Below are positions 51,608 to 60,785 of a stretch of 64,000 nt of DNA, piece by piece (positions within the stretch are counted from its first letter, which is position 1; the number at the start of each line of letters is the position of its first letter). The stretch is taken from the NCBI GenBank assembly GCA_964291265.2, contig OZ219746.1, positions 271,510 through 335,509 of the forward strand. The letters are read 5' to 3'. The stretch comes from Alphaproteobacteria bacterium. GTDB lineage: Bacteria > Pseudomonadota > Alphaproteobacteria > SP197. Below the pieces are notes generated by a model, which worked only from the letters and a program-made list of their open reading frames with translations, searched no databases and was not told the DNA's origin. Both the position numbers and the translations under genes were made by a program.

Positions 51608-52042
51608 ATGTTCGTTGACACCAATGTTCTCGTTGCGGCCCGTTTCGTGAACGCGCCTTGTCATGTGATTGCCTGCCGGTGCCTCGACCACGCCGGCAAT
51701 AGCGAAGAACCCCTGCTCATCAGCCGCCAGATTGTCCGCGAGTATCTCGTTGTGGTTACGCGCCAGCAAAGCTGGGCCAAACCGCTCGCCATAACCGACG
51801 CTTTGGATGACGTGACGAGGCTGGTATCCCCGTTCATCCTCCTGGAAGATGGTCCGAACGTCATGGAGATGCTGGCCGTGCTTTGCCGCGAGGTTCCCGT
51901 CGGGGGCAAGCAGGTCCATGACGCGAACATCGCGGCAACCATGCTGGCGTATGGTGAGCGACGACTCCTGACACTCAACATCAAGGACTTCCGGCGTTAC
52001 GGAAATCGAATCGAGCTGGTGGATCTGAAGGTGGCAGGGTGA
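51608..52042 (+). CDS. vapC: PIN domain toxin (VapC-like)
   Basis: MFVDTNVLVAA (Asp1), REYLVV (Glu), VHDANIAATM (Asp3) and LLTLNIKDFRRY (Asp4). Confidence 0.85.
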   Translation: MFVDTNVLVAARFVNAPCHVIACRCLDHAGNSEEPLLISRQIVREYLVVVTRQQSWAKPLAITDALDDVTRLVSPFILLEDGPNVMEMLAVLCREVPVGGKQVHDANIAATMLAYGERRLLTLNIKDFRRYGNRIELVDLKVAG

Positions 52043-52335
52043 GTGGGCGACCTAGTGAACCCGAACGAGTGCTCTGGCCAAGAATTAGGTCTGGAGCCGT
52101 TGCGCGTTGGAATCACCCACTGCCTCTGCGGGCATATGCATGACGGCCACGGATCCCAACCGACACAACGCCAGTCATGCGTGTGTTTCATCATCGATGG
52201 TTGATGATGCAGTGGTGGCTGGGTCGCTCGAACCGTCCTTTCGGACGGTCGATGAATATTGTTCCCAAACGCTTGACACCAACCCTCGGACCACCGACAG
52301 CTGAGAACGAGTGTCCGCCCGGAGAAAACGCCACA

Positions 52336-55300
52336 ATGACTGAACCTTCCCTGTCAGCTCTGGCCTCCGTTCTGCGACCGTTCACCACGATCGTTTTCCA
52401 GCATGTACGCCGTTTGTCCGCGGAGCGTCAGGCTGGTCAAGAGCCGTTAATCCGAACATCCACAGTCATGGATGGCTTGCTAAACAATACGCTGGACAGA
52501 ATTCGCAACGGACGCATTGACTCAAGCTGGTGGCAAAGCTTGCTGCATCGAGTCGGTCACCAGTACATTGCCCCCGATTTTCTGAAAAAGCCCGTGTTAC
52601 GGGGATGGCTTGCGGAGGAGTCCGTCGCTAAGGACCTTAAGATGATTGCGACGTGGCGTATAATGGACAGTGCTCAAGATGAGGCCGTCCCTCGCGATCG
52701 CCTCGCCCAAAGCTACTCGCACCGAACCGGAGAAGTCCCCTACCTGGCTGCCAGACCTATCGATGTGGTGGTAGCCGTCCTGGTTGCGGGCTACTTTGGA
52801 GCGAGTCGATCCGATGATCGAGCGATTACGGGCATCATGCAAACCGGATTTTTGCAGATCAGTGAACGCCTAGATCAGCTAGGCCAAGCCTTACCGCTGA
52901 CCACCGATCCAGTCACCTGCAAAGCGCATACGCAAGATGCAGAGAAGCGGCTCGCACAAATCCTCTCTCTTCGCGGCATCAATCCTGCAAGAGCGCGACA
53001 CGACACTCAAGAACTGCTAAAGCGACTTGACTCTGGTGACCTGTCCGCCGCCGCAGCAAAGATCAAGCATGACGTTCGTTACTGGACGGCAAGGTTGAGT
53101 GCGAGTGATGTCAAAACACTCGAGATTGCCAAAGAGCTCAGGGTGCAGATCAACAACGATGACCCGGACAGGGATCTGTCCATCATCGATGCACTGATAT
53201 GCGAGACGCAGGACAACCCCGATGAAGCCGTCCGACTTCTTCGCGACCGTGACGACCCTGATTCTCGAGCCGTTTTTTTCGGCCTGCTTGCCCGATCACG
53301 TGACGCCGGCGCCGCACTGGCCGAATTTGCGGAAAGAATGGTTACCGCACATGCCGAGTTCTTTACCTCTATTGGATGGAGGAACTGGGCCCATTGCATG
53401 ATCAAGGTGGGTCGATGGATGGAAGCAGCGGAGGTTCTCGTTCGGATCGGCGACAAGAAGTCCGATTCCCCGATGTTGGCTCTTATTGAAGGAATCATCA
53501 ACGCGCAGTTGCTGCTTCCCACGGAGTTGCGAAACGCTACTGGAGACCTTCCGATATCTGCCGGCATCAGACCAATGCAGGGAGAGGATGCAGAGAACAT
53601 TCATGCGCGAGCAGCGGCCTGCCTTGAAATGGCTCAGGCTGGATTTGGGGAGCTTGAAGCCAGCGCTCTCGAGCGATATGTGGCTTTCTGGCGTCAATGG
53701 CTCCGGTTGATGGATCCGAAGGATGAGAACGCAAGAGTTGCTCGGGAGCAAGTTCGACAAGATCTCGACCGTGACGAACCGGACATCAGGGCGGTACCGC
53801 TCGCATGGGCATTTGAAATTTCATTCAATCGGGAGCCGATACGACGCTACCTGTCTGGTCGAGAGAAACTCGGTGGGTTGGACGACGATGAGCTTCGGGC
53901 TCAGTGCCTTCTGTTGTTGATTGACATGGACTCCGGAGCCTTGAGTGGCCGGAACTTCCTGCGTTATCTGAATGCACATCGGAAGAGGCTTGATCGCGTG
54001 ATGTCGAACGGCCTCCTCAAGTCCGCGAATATCAGGGCTCTGGTAGTGGACAATCAGACGGCGAGAGCTCGCAAGCGTTTGGAGGAGATGCGCGGTGACC
54101 TTGACGACGAGGGAGTAAGGCGTCTTTCTGCGATGATCGATTCTCACGCGGGTCTCGACCCTCGACAGAAGCTTGAAAGGGCATACCAAGAGACTGGAAG
54201 CATCACAGATCTTCGCAATCTTGTTGAGTGTGTGAGGAATGCGGATGACAACGAGGCTCTCCTACCTCTTCTCCGGGAGTTGGTGGGGCGACACCGGACC
54301 GTCGCGAATGTGACGGACTTGGCGGTTTGCCTGAGCGGTCGACCTTTCTCGGATCACCGTCAGATAGTCGAACTTCTCGATTCCAACGAGGCCTACGCGG
54401 ATCTTGTCGAACAAAGCGTCGACCTCAAGGTTGTAAAGGCGTGGGCGCTCTTTCACTCCGGTCAGTTGTCGAAAGCCAAGGTACATAGCGACGAGATCTT
54501 GAACAATCGGTCTTCAGTGAACATGAACTTGTCTGAAGCGAGCGTGATTGGCCTCGACATCAACATCGCATTGGCATCCGGTGACTGGGAGCGTCTCCCG
54601 GCAATCGTCGAGCGTGAATGGCCAAGGCGAGATGAGCACACCGCCAATACGCTACTTGGTCTGGCCCAGATTTCACCTCGTCAAGGCAAGAACCCAGACC
54701 GGGCGCTGATGCTTGCCAGGCTGGCCGCAGAAAAGGCCCCCGATGACCCGCACGTCCTGGCAGCGTCGTATTGGTTGCATTTCCAGCATGGTCGAGACGG
54801 AGACGCTGATCGGGATTGGTTGTCACGCGCCTTGGAGCTCTCGTCGGACGAAGATGGGCCCGTGTGGTCCGTTGATCTGCAAACAGTTGCTACCAACTGG
54901 ATGCCCACGCGTCGGGAACGACTGGCCGAAATCAGGAAGCAATGGCTGGCTGGTGAGATCCCGACTGGATTGGCTGCGTCTCTATGGGACGTCTCCCTGA
55001 CACGCCTCCTTGTACAAATTCCCGAGACCAACGCAGATGAGCCCGATCGACGCCTGACGGAAGTCGTGCCGGTGGGTCTTGGCAAGCGGGCGGCCGTGGA
55101 ACTGCAAACGGACTGGGCTATTGGGCTGGATATCACCTCCATTCTCGTCTTGCACTACCTCGGTTTTTTGGAGTTTGTTTTCTGTGTGTTCAAGCGTGTC
55201 AAGCTCGCTTCTGACGTGATGCTGAGCCTGTTCCGGGAGCAGGACAGAGTCCGCTTCCATCAGCCATCGCGCATCAGAGACGGACAGCAGGTGCAGAATT

Positions 55301-58300
55301 TGTGCAACCTGCAGCGACTTCGCGTTGCTGATGGTATTGAGGCCCCACCCACAGACGCTGTCGACGAGCTAGGGAGGGAGTTGGCTGAATTATTGCACGC
55401 AGCAAGACAAGGCGGCGGCAAGGTGGTTTGCGTCTTTCCAATCCACCAACCCAAGTCGATGATGGAGAAGGAAGCCGACACCACGGCGTGGAACGACCTC
55501 CTCGTTTCAGTGTTCGATCTGTGCAGGTTGCTGCATATGCGGGGCGATATCGATGCCGACACACACGAGCGGGTTCAACTGTTTCTTCGAACCCAAGGCC
55601 AGGCAGCACGAGGGGATGCGGAAACGTCGATTCTGGACGGAGCGATCTATCTGGACGATCTCGCTCTATCCTACCTTCAGAGTGCCAAGGTTCTGGACCA
55701 GGTTGCTACGTCCAACCTGGATCTCCGCATCCATTCCAGGGTTCTCGATCGCATGGAGGCACTCGTCAGAGCGGGTCAATCGGGTGAAGACCTTGCAGTG
55801 AAGATAGACGAGATTCGTCATGTCCTACGCAGCGCAGTGGAGTCCGGAAGAGCATCCTATCTGCCTCGCAGTGTGGATCAGGAGGAGTCGGTTCCGAATC
55901 GCGACGATCCGTTCGCCGCCACCCGATCGCTGTTGGCAGCCGCTGCTGAATGTGACGCCCTCTGCGTCGATGACCGCTTCATCAACAGCAGTGAAAGCAT
56001 CACAGTCACTGAGAAAGCGGAACGCACCATCCCCATTGTCTGTGTACTTGACGTATTGGACTGCCTTGTCGAGCAAGCTCATCTCCGTCCGGTGCACCTT
56101 TGGACGGCACGGCACAAGCTGCGGTCTGGTGGATTTGTCTTCATTCCTTTGGAGGTGGACGAATTGGTCCATTGGCTGAAGACAGCCCCTGTGGAGAACG
56201 GACTGTGGATCGAGAGCGCTGAGCTTCGTGCCATTCGCCAGTCCATGGCACAGACAAGTTCTGTGGGCTTGTTCAACCCCGATGAGACTTTTGTATTGTC
56301 CGATGAGGTAACCCAAACGAGCGTTTGCGCCCTTCGGTCATTGTGGAGAAATCAGTGCTTGGCCGTGGAGACCGTCGTCACGATGTCGACTTGGGTCTGG
56401 CGACACTTGATTGCCAACGCACCTGGTGGGCACGGAGATGACGAAGAGAAAAGACGCAAGACTTGGACTCGAGAGTCAGTGCTACGGCGGGTCAGTGCGG
56501 TTCTTCTCCCACCAGGCATTGAATCGTCCGATCGCCGAGACAGCTTTGCCCGGTGGGTGGACGAGTCGGTTCTTCAACCTTTCCGGCCAGCAAATGTAAA
56601 TCTGATCGACGATGCCCTGACTCTCATAGCTGATAGCATTCCGGATGAAGATTGTGAAGACTCAGTGTTTGTTAATTTTTTTCTTTCTCACTTGCCGGAT
56701 TCTTGCCGACAGTATCTGCTGAAGAAGTATCCTGATCGAGCCCGTCGGTGGGGCTTCGAGACACGAACAGTGTTCGGTCTCGAAGCTGGGATCAAGATCC
56801 TTGATAAGGAGCTGTTTGCGGCTGCAAGGCATGTTTTGTCGGGGAAGGGGGAACGATCGATACGATCCATCATGGGCGACGATATATTGGTTGATCTCGA
56901 TCCGGGAGACTTGACCGTGGTCCTGGTGAACCCCGACACCGGGCCAGGAAACAGGGAGAAAATTCCGGATCTCTCGGTTTTTTCTCCTGATTCACAAACA
57001 CGGGTAGCGGCACTGGGTTCCATGCTTGATCGTCTTGGGCCGACGGCACCTGATTTCGGACGCCTTCTTGCCGACCTGGAATTGGGCGAGCCGGACGATT
57101 CTGAATTGACGGATGTCTTTCGTGAGGCTGCCGATGGTGTGGCAGCCTTGCAAGGTTCGTTGCTCAGGAAGATCTGTCCTGGTCAACCTCTCGACGTCGT
57201 TGACGTGGTTCCGGAAGACCTCGCTTATTACGAAAAATTCGTGGGGCCGCAGCCCGAATCGAGGGATCCCGATCAGTACATTTCCCGTACTCTGATCCCC
57301 TATCGCAGAGCACTTCTGGATCGAGACCTGAGCCGCGGCCTTGATATCTGCTGTGTTGGGGCCTTGCGCGAAGATCTTTGTCCTGGACAGTGGACGTTCC
57401 ACATCGACGACAATGAGATGTGGGATGCTCTCAACGCCTGCGATGCTGACAAGACGCCGGTTTCACTGCTGGGCGCTCTCGACGTGGCGCTGTATCGGCA
57501 GCACGACGATCGATTTCGGGACTATGCTGCACGAGCGATCATCAAGCTCTGCAGCGATGGGTTCGATCCGCAGCAGAGCACCGAATTCTACAAGCTTTTT
57601 TGGATATTTACATTTCTCACGTTCAATCGCGTAAGCCTCATCGAAAACGGTTCGAAGCAGCCTGGTTTCTGGAGACGGATGTGTGCGTGGATGCAGGCTC
57701 AGTTCATTGTCCGTGCCTTGTCAAGAGAATCTGTTTCAGTCGACTTGGACAAGCTGGAGGGTTGGGCCATGTCAAACATGGCGCTCGTGGGGGCTTATGC
57801 CGAGCTTGTCAGCGCTCGGGAAGAGCCGATGCTGTTGTTTGCGGAACGCCTGCCGCCCAGCGATTTACGTTGTGAAGTACTTGGTCGCCTTGTGGGGCTG
57901 AGGTCGCGCCACGCGAGCGAGGGAAGAAGCATTCCCCAGTCGGAAACAATCGACCAGGCACTGGAACGGGCACAGGAGAGCGGGAATTGGCTGAAGTGCT
58001 TCTTTCCCGGGCCGCTGGAAGGCCACCGACGTCCTACTGAACCTGCATCGGAGCAGCTTGTGGGGACGTTGAAGGAATCGGTGCCGGATGGCTCCCTTCC
58101 TGCATCGTGGCACTTCATGGCGAACCTTTCGCATCTGCATGCGTTGGGCGAATGCGAACTTGGTGTCGCACGTGAGGCAGTGGTTCGAGTAGGCGACGGT
58201 TCCGACGAAGGGGAAATGAGGAATACCCTCCTCTCCTTGGAAGCCGCGAGTATGGTAGCGAAAACAAGCAGGGACACGTTGCTGGCGGACGCGATCGCAG

Positions 58301-58587
58301 ATGCGGTTGCAAGCATCGCCAGGAGGGTTTCGAACGAGAACGACATCTGGCTTATTCTTGTAATCTGCTTGCAGGCTGCAGCTGCCTTCGAAGAACACGA
58401 TGCGTGGTTTGATTGGCTGGAAGAAAGACTGGCGAGAATTGCAAGCTCTCTTCCTGGTCCCCCCAACCGATCCGTTCCGATGTTCCTGGAGCATCTCGAC
58501 GCGATGGAAACGATCCTGCCCATCGGCTCCTGGTTTCATCGCCGGGCGAGATCCATAGCATCGATGGGTACTGTGCGCCGGCCGTAG
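52336..58587 (+). CDS. giant orphan protein (~2,083 aa): helical/TPR-like arrays plus a central split PIN-like signature; function unknown
   Basis: Single uninterrupted ORF (track 52177..58587). The preferred start is ATG at 52336, with GGAGAA 9 nt upstream. GC is clearly lower than in the flanks. No P-loop, signal peptide or other familiar catalytic motif was seen apart from the PIN-like residues around 55.1-56.0 kb. Confidence 0.8.
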   Translation: MTEPSLSALASVLRPFTTIVFQHVRRLSAERQAGQEPLIRTSTVMDGLLNNTLDRIRNGRIDSSWWQSLLHRVGHQYIAPDFLKKPVLRGWLAEESVAKDLKMIATWRIMDSAQDEAVPRDRLAQSYSHRTGEVPYLAARPIDVVVAVLVAGYFGASRSDDRAITGIMQTGFLQISERLDQLGQALPLTTDPVTCKAHTQDAEKRLAQILSLRGINPARARHDTQELLKRLDSGDLSAAAAKIKHDVRYWTARLSASDVKTLEIAKELRVQINNDDPDRDLSIIDALICETQDNPDEAVRLLRDRDDPDSRAVFFGLLARSRDAGAALAEFAERMVTAHAEFFTSIGWRNWAHCMIKVGRWMEAAEVLVRIGDKKSDSPMLALIEGIINAQLLLPTELRNATGDLPISAGIRPMQGEDAENIHARAAACLEMAQAGFGELEASALERYVAFWRQWLRLMDPKDENARVAREQVRQDLDRDEPDIRAVPLAWAFEISFNREPIRRYLSGREKLGGLDDDELRAQCLLLLIDMDSGALSGRNFLRYLNAHRKRLDRVMSNGLLKSANIRALVVDNQTARARKRLEEMRGDLDDEGVRRLSAMIDSHAGLDPRQKLERAYQETGSITDLRNLVECVRNADDNEALLPLLRELVGRHRTVANVTDLAVCLSGRPFSDHRQIVELLDSNEAYADLVEQSVDLKVVKAWALFHSGQLSKAKVHSDEILNNRSSVNMNLSEASVIGLDINIALASGDWERLPAIVEREWPRRDEHTANTLLGLAQISPRQGKNPDRALMLARLAAEKAPDDPHVLAASYWLHFQHGRDGDADRDWLSRALELSSDEDGPVWSVDLQTVATNWMPTRRERLAEIRKQWLAGEIPTGLAASLWDVSLTRLLVQIPETNADEPDRRLTEVVPVGLGKRAAVELQTDWAIGLDITSILVLHYLGFLEFVFCVFKRVKLASDVMLSLFREQDRVRFHQPSRIRDGQQVQNLCNLQRLRVADGIEAPPTDAVDELGRELAELLHAARQGGGKVVCVFPIHQPKSMMEKEADTTAWNDLLVSVFDLCRLLHMRGDIDADTHERVQLFLRTQGQAARGDAETSILDGAIYLDDLALSYLQSAKVLDQVATSNLDLRIHSRVLDRMEALVRAGQSGEDLAVKIDEIRHVLRSAVESGRASYLPRSVDQEESVPNRDDPFAATRSLLAAAAECDALCVDDRFINSSESITVTEKAERTIPIVCVLDVLDCLVEQAHLRPVHLWTARHKLRSGGFVFIPLEVDELVHWLKTAPVENGLWIESAELRAIRQSMAQTSSVGLFNPDETFVLSDEVTQTSVCALRSLWRNQCLAVETVVTMSTWVWRHLIANAPGGHGDDEEKRRKTWTRESVLRRVSAVLLPPGIESSDRRDSFARWVDESVLQPFRPANVNLIDDALTLIADSIPDEDCEDSVFVNFFLSHLPDSCRQYLLKKYPDRARRWGFETRTVFGLEAGIKILDKELFAAARHVLSGKGERSIRSIMGDDILVDLDPGDLTVVLVNPDTGPGNREKIPDLSVFSPDSQTRVAALGSMLDRLGPTAPDFGRLLADLELGEPDDSELTDVFREAADGVAALQGSLLRKICPGQPLDVVDVVPEDLAYYEKFVGPQPESRDPDQYISRTLIPYRRALLDRDLSRGLDICCVGALREDLCPGQWTFHIDDNEMWDALNACDADKTPVSLLGALDVALYRQHDDRFRDYAARAIIKLCSDGFDPQQSTEFYKLFWIFTFLTFNRVSLIENGSKQPGFWRRMCAWMQAQFIVRALSRESVSVDLDKLEGWAMSNMALVGAYAELVSAREEPMLLFAERLPPSDLRCEVLGRLVGLRSRHASEGRSIPQSETIDQALERAQESGNWLKCFFPGPLEGHRRPTEPASEQLVGTLKESVPDGSLPASWHFMANLSHLHALGECELGVAREAVVRVGDGSDEGEMRNTLLSLEAASMVAKTSRDTLLADAIADAVASIARRVSNENDIWLILVICLQAAAAFEEHDAWFDWLEERLARIASSLPGPPNRSVPMFLEHLDAMETILPIGSWFHRRARSIASMGTVRRP

Positions 58588-58674
58588 ATTGCCCGGCTCC
58601 CGGTGGGCATCAGCGAGAAGTCAATTGACGCCCGGATCATGCAGTGAGCCGATGTGGGGGCACCTTCCCGGAAC

Positions 58675-59889
58675 CTACACGGTGGTGATCGTCCGTGGCA
58701 GTGTCGAGAGCACCTCGAGCCCGTTGTCGGTGACAAGGAAACTCTCGATCCAGGCGGCGCCGGAGCCGCCGGGCCAGTCTTCCCAGACATCGAACTGGTT
58801 CTCCAGGTTGAACACCTGGCCTGGCTCCAGGGTGCGGTCACCGAGGTTGTGGCGGGGCCTGAGCCAGTGGTTGCCGCACCAGTCCGGAGGCACGGCGATG
58901 CCGAGGGAGTAGCCGCCGACAAACCAGACCCATTGTCTCAGTCCGGCACGGTCGGTGTAGTCGTCCGCCACCTCCTGGACCTTCGTGACCGGGTCGCCGG
59001 GACGGCATGCCTCGACGACGGCATCCATGCAGCCGGCTGACGTCGTCATGAGCTGCGTCCAGCGTCGATCGGGTTCCCCCAGGGAGAACGTGCGGTTGAG
59101 GTTGACGTGGTAGCGGTGGAGGCAGCCGCAGAAATCGAGAAACACCAGGTCTCCATAGCGGATGCGGCGGTGCTGCGCGGGACTGTGGTGGGTGCCGGCG
59201 CGCGGGCCCGAGGCCACCATGGTGCGGATTCCGGGGTAACCGCCGCCCGCCTTCATCATGGTCGACGCGATGACGGCCTCGATCTCGGTCTCCATCACCC
59301 CCTCGGCAATGGCGTCACGGGCTGCGGCCATGGCCTCGTCGGCCATGGCGGCCGCCCGCTTCATCACGGCGACCTCCGCCGGCGACTTCACGAAGCGCAG
59401 TTCCTCGACGAGGAACGAGGCGTCCTCCACCACCGCTCCGCCGGCTTCGAGAGCACCTTCGAGGGCGTGACTCGTCCGGCCGTGGGGGGCGTAGGCCCAG
59501 GGCTGAATGCCGACCCGTGCCGAGACGAGTCCGAATTCGGCCAGGGCGCCGGCGATCTGGCGGCATTCGCTCTCCGTGGACCCGTGATCAAGCCAGCACA
59601 CGTCACGGATTTCCGGCGTCGTGGAAACGATCGTCGTGTGGCCGCGGCCGTCAAAGAACAGTGTGTCGTCGCTTCCGGCGCGCACCATGAGTCCCGTCAG
59701 GCTCTCGAGGTGGTACCAGATCATGTCATAGCCGGTGAGCCACGTGAGATCGGCCGGGTTGGTGACGAAGAGGGCATCGAGACCGGCCTCGGTCATCGCC
59801 TGCCTCGTGCGCTGCCGACGCCGAGCGTACTCCTCGCCGGTGAAGGGCTGCTCCCAGTCGATCTGGTCGCGCAGGTAGGTCTGGATCAT
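58675..59889 (-). CDS. M24 family metallopeptidase (creatinase/ectoine-hydrolase-like)
   Basis: In-frame ATG at 59889 (MIQTYLRDQIDWEQPFTGEEY). LDALFVTNPADLTWLTGYD and VKSPAEVAVMKRAA. It is a paralogue of the ORF at 1009..2163. Confidence 0.8.
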   Translation of the reverse strand: MIQTYLRDQIDWEQPFTGEEYARRRQRTRQAMTEAGLDALFVTNPADLTWLTGYDMIWYHLESLTGLMVRAGSDDTLFFDGRGHTTIVSTTPEIRDVCWLDHGSTESECRQIAGALAEFGLVSARVGIQPWAYAPHGRTSHALEGALEAGGAVVEDASFLVEELRFVKSPAEVAVMKRAAAMADEAMAAARDAIAEGVMETEIEAVIASTMMKAGGGYPGIRTMVASGPRAGTHHSPAQHRRIRYGDLVFLDFCGCLHRYHVNLNRTFSLGEPDRRWTQLMTTSAGCMDAVVEACRPGDPVTKVQEVADDYTDRAGLRQWVWFVGGYSLGIAVPPDWCGNHWLRPRHNLGDRTLEPGQVFNLENQFDVWEDWPGGSGAAWIESFLVTDNGLEVLSTLPRTITTV

Positions 59890-59933
59890 GGTGTTCTTCC
59901 CGGTGCTGCCGGCAATGGTCGGCGGTGGAGGGG

Positions 59934-60770
59934 TCAGTCGGAGCGCCAGCCCCACATGGCGCCGCCCTTCATGGCTCTCAAGGGCACGCGGCCGTGGTCG
60001 CTCGGATAATGCCCGAGCAAGCCGTCGTGCACATTGTAGCCCATGAGTTGCTGAAGGTGCTCCGGCAAGGCGGCGGCGGTTTCGCGGGGAACGGAAAGGA
60101 AGTGATTGACCTCCTGGCGCAGCCAGCCGAGGCAGTAGGTGTTGATGAGTCCGGCACGGGGTCGGCGGTCCCGGTTGGCTCCGCCACCGTGCCATGCTGA
60201 TCCGAGATAGAAGAGCGCCGATCCCTTCGGCATGTCGGCCGACACCACCCCATCATCAGGCCCGGGCGATCGCGACGGCGGCCAGCGATGGCTCTTCGGA
60301 ACGAGCCGGGTGGCCCCGTTGACGTCGGTGAACGCCTCAAGGGCCCACATGACCGAGACCTGCCACTCGACGCCGGGGACCTGCACGGGGTAGATCGTGT
60401 CGTCGCGGTGGAGAACCTGCCCGGTTTCGCCTGGATGGATCTCGATGGCCGTGCAACTGCCGATGAGATAGGAGGTGCAGTGGTCAAGGAGAATGGCGTC
60501 GAGCACACGCATCATGCCGCGGTGACCGATCATGCCGGCGGATGCCGGCGAGATGTCGAGAACCGAATTGACGCGCAGGGTGGTGTAGCCGTTGAAATCG
60601 CTCACGGTGGACCGGCCCACCCGGTCAAAGGGCTCCCTGAGGTCGCTTCGCACCTCGTCGGCCATGGCATCGTCGACATAGTGCTCGACGATGGCCGCAC
60701 CATCGCGCCGGATCGCTCCAACGATGTCGGGAACCGGTGCATCGCTCCTGAACCGTTCGATCCCCGGCAT
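59934..60770 (-). CDS. phytanoyl-CoA dioxygenase (PhyH) family oxygenase
   Basis: 278 aa. LHRDD...H(x)GGAN pattern of Fe(II)/2OG PhyH enzymes. Confidence 0.7.
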   Translation of the reverse strand: MPGIERFRSDAPVPDIVGAIRRDGAAIVEHYVDDAMADEVRSDLREPFDRVGRSTVSDFNGYTTLRVNSVLDISPASAGMIGHRGMMRVLDAILLDHCTSYLIGSCTAIEIHPGETGQVLHRDDTIYPVQVPGVEWQVSVMWALEAFTDVNGATRLVPKSHRWPPSRSPGPDDGVVSADMPKGSALFYLGSAWHGGGANRDRRPRAGLINTYCLGWLRQEVNHFLSVPRETAAALPEHLQQLMGYNVHDGLLGHYPSDHGRVPLRAMKGGAMWGWRSD

Positions 60771-60785
60771 GTGCCTCCCGTCACG

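Noticed and set aside
52177-52335. Upstream in-frame start (ATG 52177) for the giant ORF
   Set aside because: The extra 53 codons contain an inverted repeat and a strong hairpin and lack a Shine-Dalgarno. ATG 52336 has GGAGAA at the ideal spacing. It is kept as an alternative only.
53962-53979. R-x4-H motif (RYLNAH) in the giant protein, considered as a HEPN RNase signature
   Set aside because: A single Rx4H match is expected by chance in about 2,000 residues. There is no second motif or recognisable HEPN helical context.
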